The notes beneath the pieces are model-generated. The model had not been told where the DNA came from, did no database searches, and saw only the letters and a list, made by a program, of their open reading frames with translations. The translations under genes were made by a program, and so were the position numbers. 64,000 nucleotides of DNA from Eledone cirrhosa (taxonomy: Eukaryota): contig OZ024740.1 of the NCBI GenBank assembly GCA_964016885.1, forward strand, positions 320,230,001 to 320,294,000. Reading direction: 5' to 3'. Position 1 is the first letter of the stretch, and each line of letters opens with the position of its first letter. Positions 60,350 to 64,000 of the stretch are shown one piece after another.

Positions 60350-62474
60350 ATTGGGGGTCGAGTTCAAAAAAGAAAAATCAACGTTGACCTAAATATATAT
60401 CTTCAGATTGTCACTCAGTCACTCAGTCATCTCGATACGTTTAACATTAAGTGTGTAAAGTATAGGAGGTGAGAGTATTTTATACGTATCTGTTGTTTAG
60501 AAACGAGATAAATGTCATAGTGAAATGTCCCCTCTGTCGGAAGGAAGGTGAACAAAATATAAATAGGAACAACAACAAAATATTATAAATTACTTATTTA
60601 ACATCTTATGGCAGTGAGAGAACAGATTGCAAATATGAGACAAGTTCCCTGCGTGGTACTTTCTATGTAACAATGGTCAACAATATAACATTCACAGACA
60701 AATTAAATGATCTCATCATTTTTGCATGGTTCTCTTACAGCTAATTTCTAATTAATTGATCAAATGTCTTTATATTTTTCAAGTATATGAACCATTTGCG
60801 TTGCGATCCTTTTATGGATAACAGGTTGCTCCTGCAATTCTCGGATATGAAACAGAATTTTTAGGAGAAGGGATTTCTCCAAATTGAGAGATCACAGCTC
60901 CGATACTATGGTATGTGGTTAGAATGTCTCAGGAAAGAATTGCTGGACAGATTTTACGGGCAAAACCAACTAGCAAGACCCAGAGGTAGACCCTGAGTAA
61001 GATGGTTGGATAACTGCCAGTTTCAGTTTTGATCACCATTTGTGTGGTGACCACCCCTTTGGGATTAAAGAAATGGACTCGGCGGACTATTGTAAATAAG
61101 CAACGTGTCTCGTTGTCAGGAGTGTGGTTGGAGTCTCGTTTGAAAGTTTCACGTTTTGTAGTCGGAAGTTACGCCAGAGATGAAATTGTTACCCCGCATC
61201 GTACAAAATATAACCAGTCAAAAGGGTTATGAAAAAAGAAAAGGAAATTAATGCATTAGTAACATCTGTTTAATCATTTCAATCAATGACTATTGAAAGT
61301 TATCAGTTTATGAAAAATAAAACTGACTGAATCGAAGTCTGTTTATGTGCTTCAGTTTATAGTACATAGTAAATAGAAATATAGGACAATTTTATATTTG
61401 GCAAAACGAAATTAAATTTGTAAAAGATCTGTAATGAAATTTTCAAAACGAAATTATAGAAACTACTATTTTTAATAACAATTACATGGCAAACTGAAAG
61501 TAAATTTGAAGAAGTTTGCTGAATGCTACACATATACGTAAATATTTCCAAGGGATTGTATTCATATAAACCATGTTCTTAGTGTAACAAAACGGTAAAG
61601 TAAATAAAAAATAATTTATTGTTTACGTAATCTTCTATTTATCGATTATCTACATAGCTGACATGATAGAATTACTTAACTAACCACTGCCGTAATTTCG
61701 TCGTAAATAAATTGGTCATACTTTATCACAATAGAGAACGGAAATAGCAAGTTTGTTCGTGTGTTTTATTAAAAGATTTTTACAAGAAATGACAGCGAAG
61801 TTATTTGGGGGTCGAGTTCAAAAAAGAAAAATCAACGTTGACCTAAATATATATCTTCAGATTGTCACTCAGTCACTCAGTCATCTCGATGCGTTTAACA
61901 TTAAGTGTGTAAAGTATAGGAGGTGAGAGTATTTTATACATATCTGTTGTTTAGAAACGAGATAAATGTCATAGTGAAATGTCCCCTCTGTCGGAAGGAA
62001 GGTGAACGAAATATAAATAAGAATAACAACAAAATATTATAAATTACTTATTTAACATTTTATGGCAGTGAGAGAACGGATTGCAAATATGAAACAAGTT
62101 CCCTGCGTGGTACTTTCTATGTAACAATGGTCAACAATATAACATTCACAGACAAATTAAATGATCTCATCATTTTTGCATGGTTCTCTTACAGCTAATT
62201 TCTAATTAATTGATCAAATGTCTTTATATTTTTCAAGTATATGAACCATTTGCGTTGCGATCCTTTTATGGATAACAGGTTGCTCCTGCAATTCTCGGAT
62301 ATGAAACAGTATTTTTAGGAGAAGGGATTTCTCTAAATTGAGAGATCACAGCTCCGATACTATGGTATGTGGTTAGAATGTCTCAGGAAAGAATTGCTGG
62401 ACAGATTTTACGGGCAAAACCAACTAGCAAAAGACCCAGAGGTAGACCCTGAGTAAGATGGTTGGATAACTGCC
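60350..62474 (+). repeat. Direct duplication of ~670 bp (60350..61017 and 61805..62473)
   Basis: Near-identical blocks ~790 bp apart, each ending in a decayed RTE RT fragment. Confidence 0.92.
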
Positions 62475-62605
62475 TTGCGCTTGGCTGATCACGCTAGGGG
62501 ATTAAGCGGATCAGTTGGAGACGGTTCTGACAGGACCCGCTGGAAGGGGTTTTTGAGGACTCCGCCACCACGACCCTCTCAGGCATAAGTAAGCGAAGAA
62601 GGAAT
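62260..62605 (+). pseudogene. Decayed RTE-clade 3' end
   Basis: IERSQLRYYG..RMSQERIA..KRPRGRP..RWLD; tail also found at 18895..19015. Confidence 0.7.
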
Positions 62606-62766
62606 TTTTTTATTGTCCAATGTTTGTCCCTATATCTGGACACTGGTTCTGATTGCGTAATGCTCATGGTGACTATATGGCCACCACTCCATCTTGCATT
62701 CAAAGAGTTTTTAAAACATACATAACAAAATGCCACAACCGAGTATTATTATATATTATTATACAA

Positions 62767-62958
62767 GGGCGGTGGATTGGCAGTATCGGTAGAGGGTCGG
62801 ATACCATGCTTTCCAGCATAGTTACGTCCCTTTACGATCTGAGTTCAAATCCCGCCGAGGTTGACTTTGCCTTTCATCCTTACGGGGTCGATAAAATAAA
62901 GTACCAGTAATGCACTGGTTAATTGCTGGCCTTGTGCCTAAAGTAGAAGCAATTATTA
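62767..62958 (+). mobile_element. tRNA-derived SINE (octopus-type), well preserved
   Basis: Nearly identical to the nested copy 58211..58384 and close to 48391..48580. Confidence 0.88.
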
Positions 62959-63149
62959 TATATTACATCAATAACAACACAACAATTTAGCGATTTACTT
63001 ATATGTCTACTTATATGATGTGTTAATCTTAAAGCGGTGTGATAACCTAATGAATACAAGCCAGTGCTTTCTAAAGCACGCAAAAACAAGTTTTAATGTA
63101 ACGCGGTTAAAATACAAATTAATGTAATACGACAGAGAAAGTTTAGTGA

Positions 63150-64000
63150 CGTCGAGAATCCAAAGTAGTTTACAAACCAGCTTCGAGGGTTGTTCAATAG
63201 GCCCGGGTGACGGAAGCACAACGCAGCAACAAAGCCGTAATTCGATTTCTGATGGCCCGCGGAGGGAGTGTACAATCTGACTCTAAGCCGATGTCTGTAA
63301 TTTTCCAGCAGCACTTTTGCTGAACTTCTTGCGAGAAGTGGCGGATTGGAGGCGAGAGACATCAATTCCTACCATAACAGCCTGTCGCGACTCTCAACTT
63401 GGGAGGTAGTGTTACAAAAAAACGTTCTCAGCAGATGAATTGGCAGAGGTGCAGAGTTAGTATGTGAGGGACACCGCCAGGGTTGGGTGGTCTACCTTAT
63501 ATGTTATACTTCAACAAGCCAGACTTGTTTGCTACGGTCTCAGCATCCCCAGTCGTGTAAGCCGTTAAGAAAGGACCTGATAGAAAACTACTGAACATAA
63601 GACAGAAGGTTTTTGCAATGGTATTTGCCAAGAGGTTCGCACTTGTCATAAGTTGTGTAGCCGGAGATGCGCACACCTGTGCGATTCCTGACAGATCTAT
63701 TCATGACATTCTCTACCTTATAACATACATCGTAGAACGGTTTGGAATTAGATCCGACTTTGGTGAAGTCTGGTCAATTTAGATCTGTTCAAAGCTACTT
63801 GGTGACTGTCCTAAGAGCAGCTGGTTTCGGTTCCGTTTTCAGATGCTGGAACTCTACATTCAGCGGCATTTGTTTAGTGATCAAACTAAATAGTCTCTTA
63901 TCAGAACCCCCCCCCCCCCCCCCCCCCATCCGTAGCATACATTCAATCCAACAGGAATGTCCCTTATCTCCCTCCTCCGTATGTTGGCTTTGGAACCTTT
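63150..64000 (+). pseudogene. Old, heavily decayed Tx1-type RT fragment
   Basis: GLPY..PDLF, LLN..FAKRFALV..GDAHTCAIPDRSIHD, AAGFGSVF, QECPLS; related to ORF2 of the array. Confidence 0.8.

Noticed and set aside
60350-62474. LTR pair of a small LTR retrotransposon
   Set aside because: No TG..CA termini, primer-binding site or target duplication seen; the repeat contains LINE debris

Overview
Eukaryotic, AT-rich, repeat-saturated genomic DNA. I can support no host gene. The tRNA-derived SINEs resemble those I know from octopus genomes, so a cephalopod origin is an inference. 1-16.7 kb is a head-to-tail array of five L1/Tx1-clade LINE insertions (minus strand, at least 3-4 diverged families), all inside one (GATA)n microsatellite. 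The rest holds three Penelope-like elements (two Neptune-type, one Naiad-type) with pseudo-LTRs and small hammerhead ribozymes, R4/Dong and RTE LINE remnants, non-autonomous Helitrons, decayed Tc1/mariner and hAT transposases, SINEs and many microsatellites. Top observations: (1) in the Tx1 elements a consensus splice donor sits on the ORF1 stop codon and a candidate splice acceptor on the ORF2 stop codon, and splicing would regenerate an in-frame ORF1 stop in two families with different codon phase, so ORF2 looks like a facultative intron; (2) these LINEs appear (GATA)n-specific and carry covarying 5' and 3' UTR hairpins; (3) one Penelope element has a separate 449-aa upstream ORF joined to the RT frame by an in-frame U_UUU_UUA -1 frameshift heptamer; (4) several non-canonical hammerhead cores recur. 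All alignments and folds were done by eye, so element boundaries are approximate.
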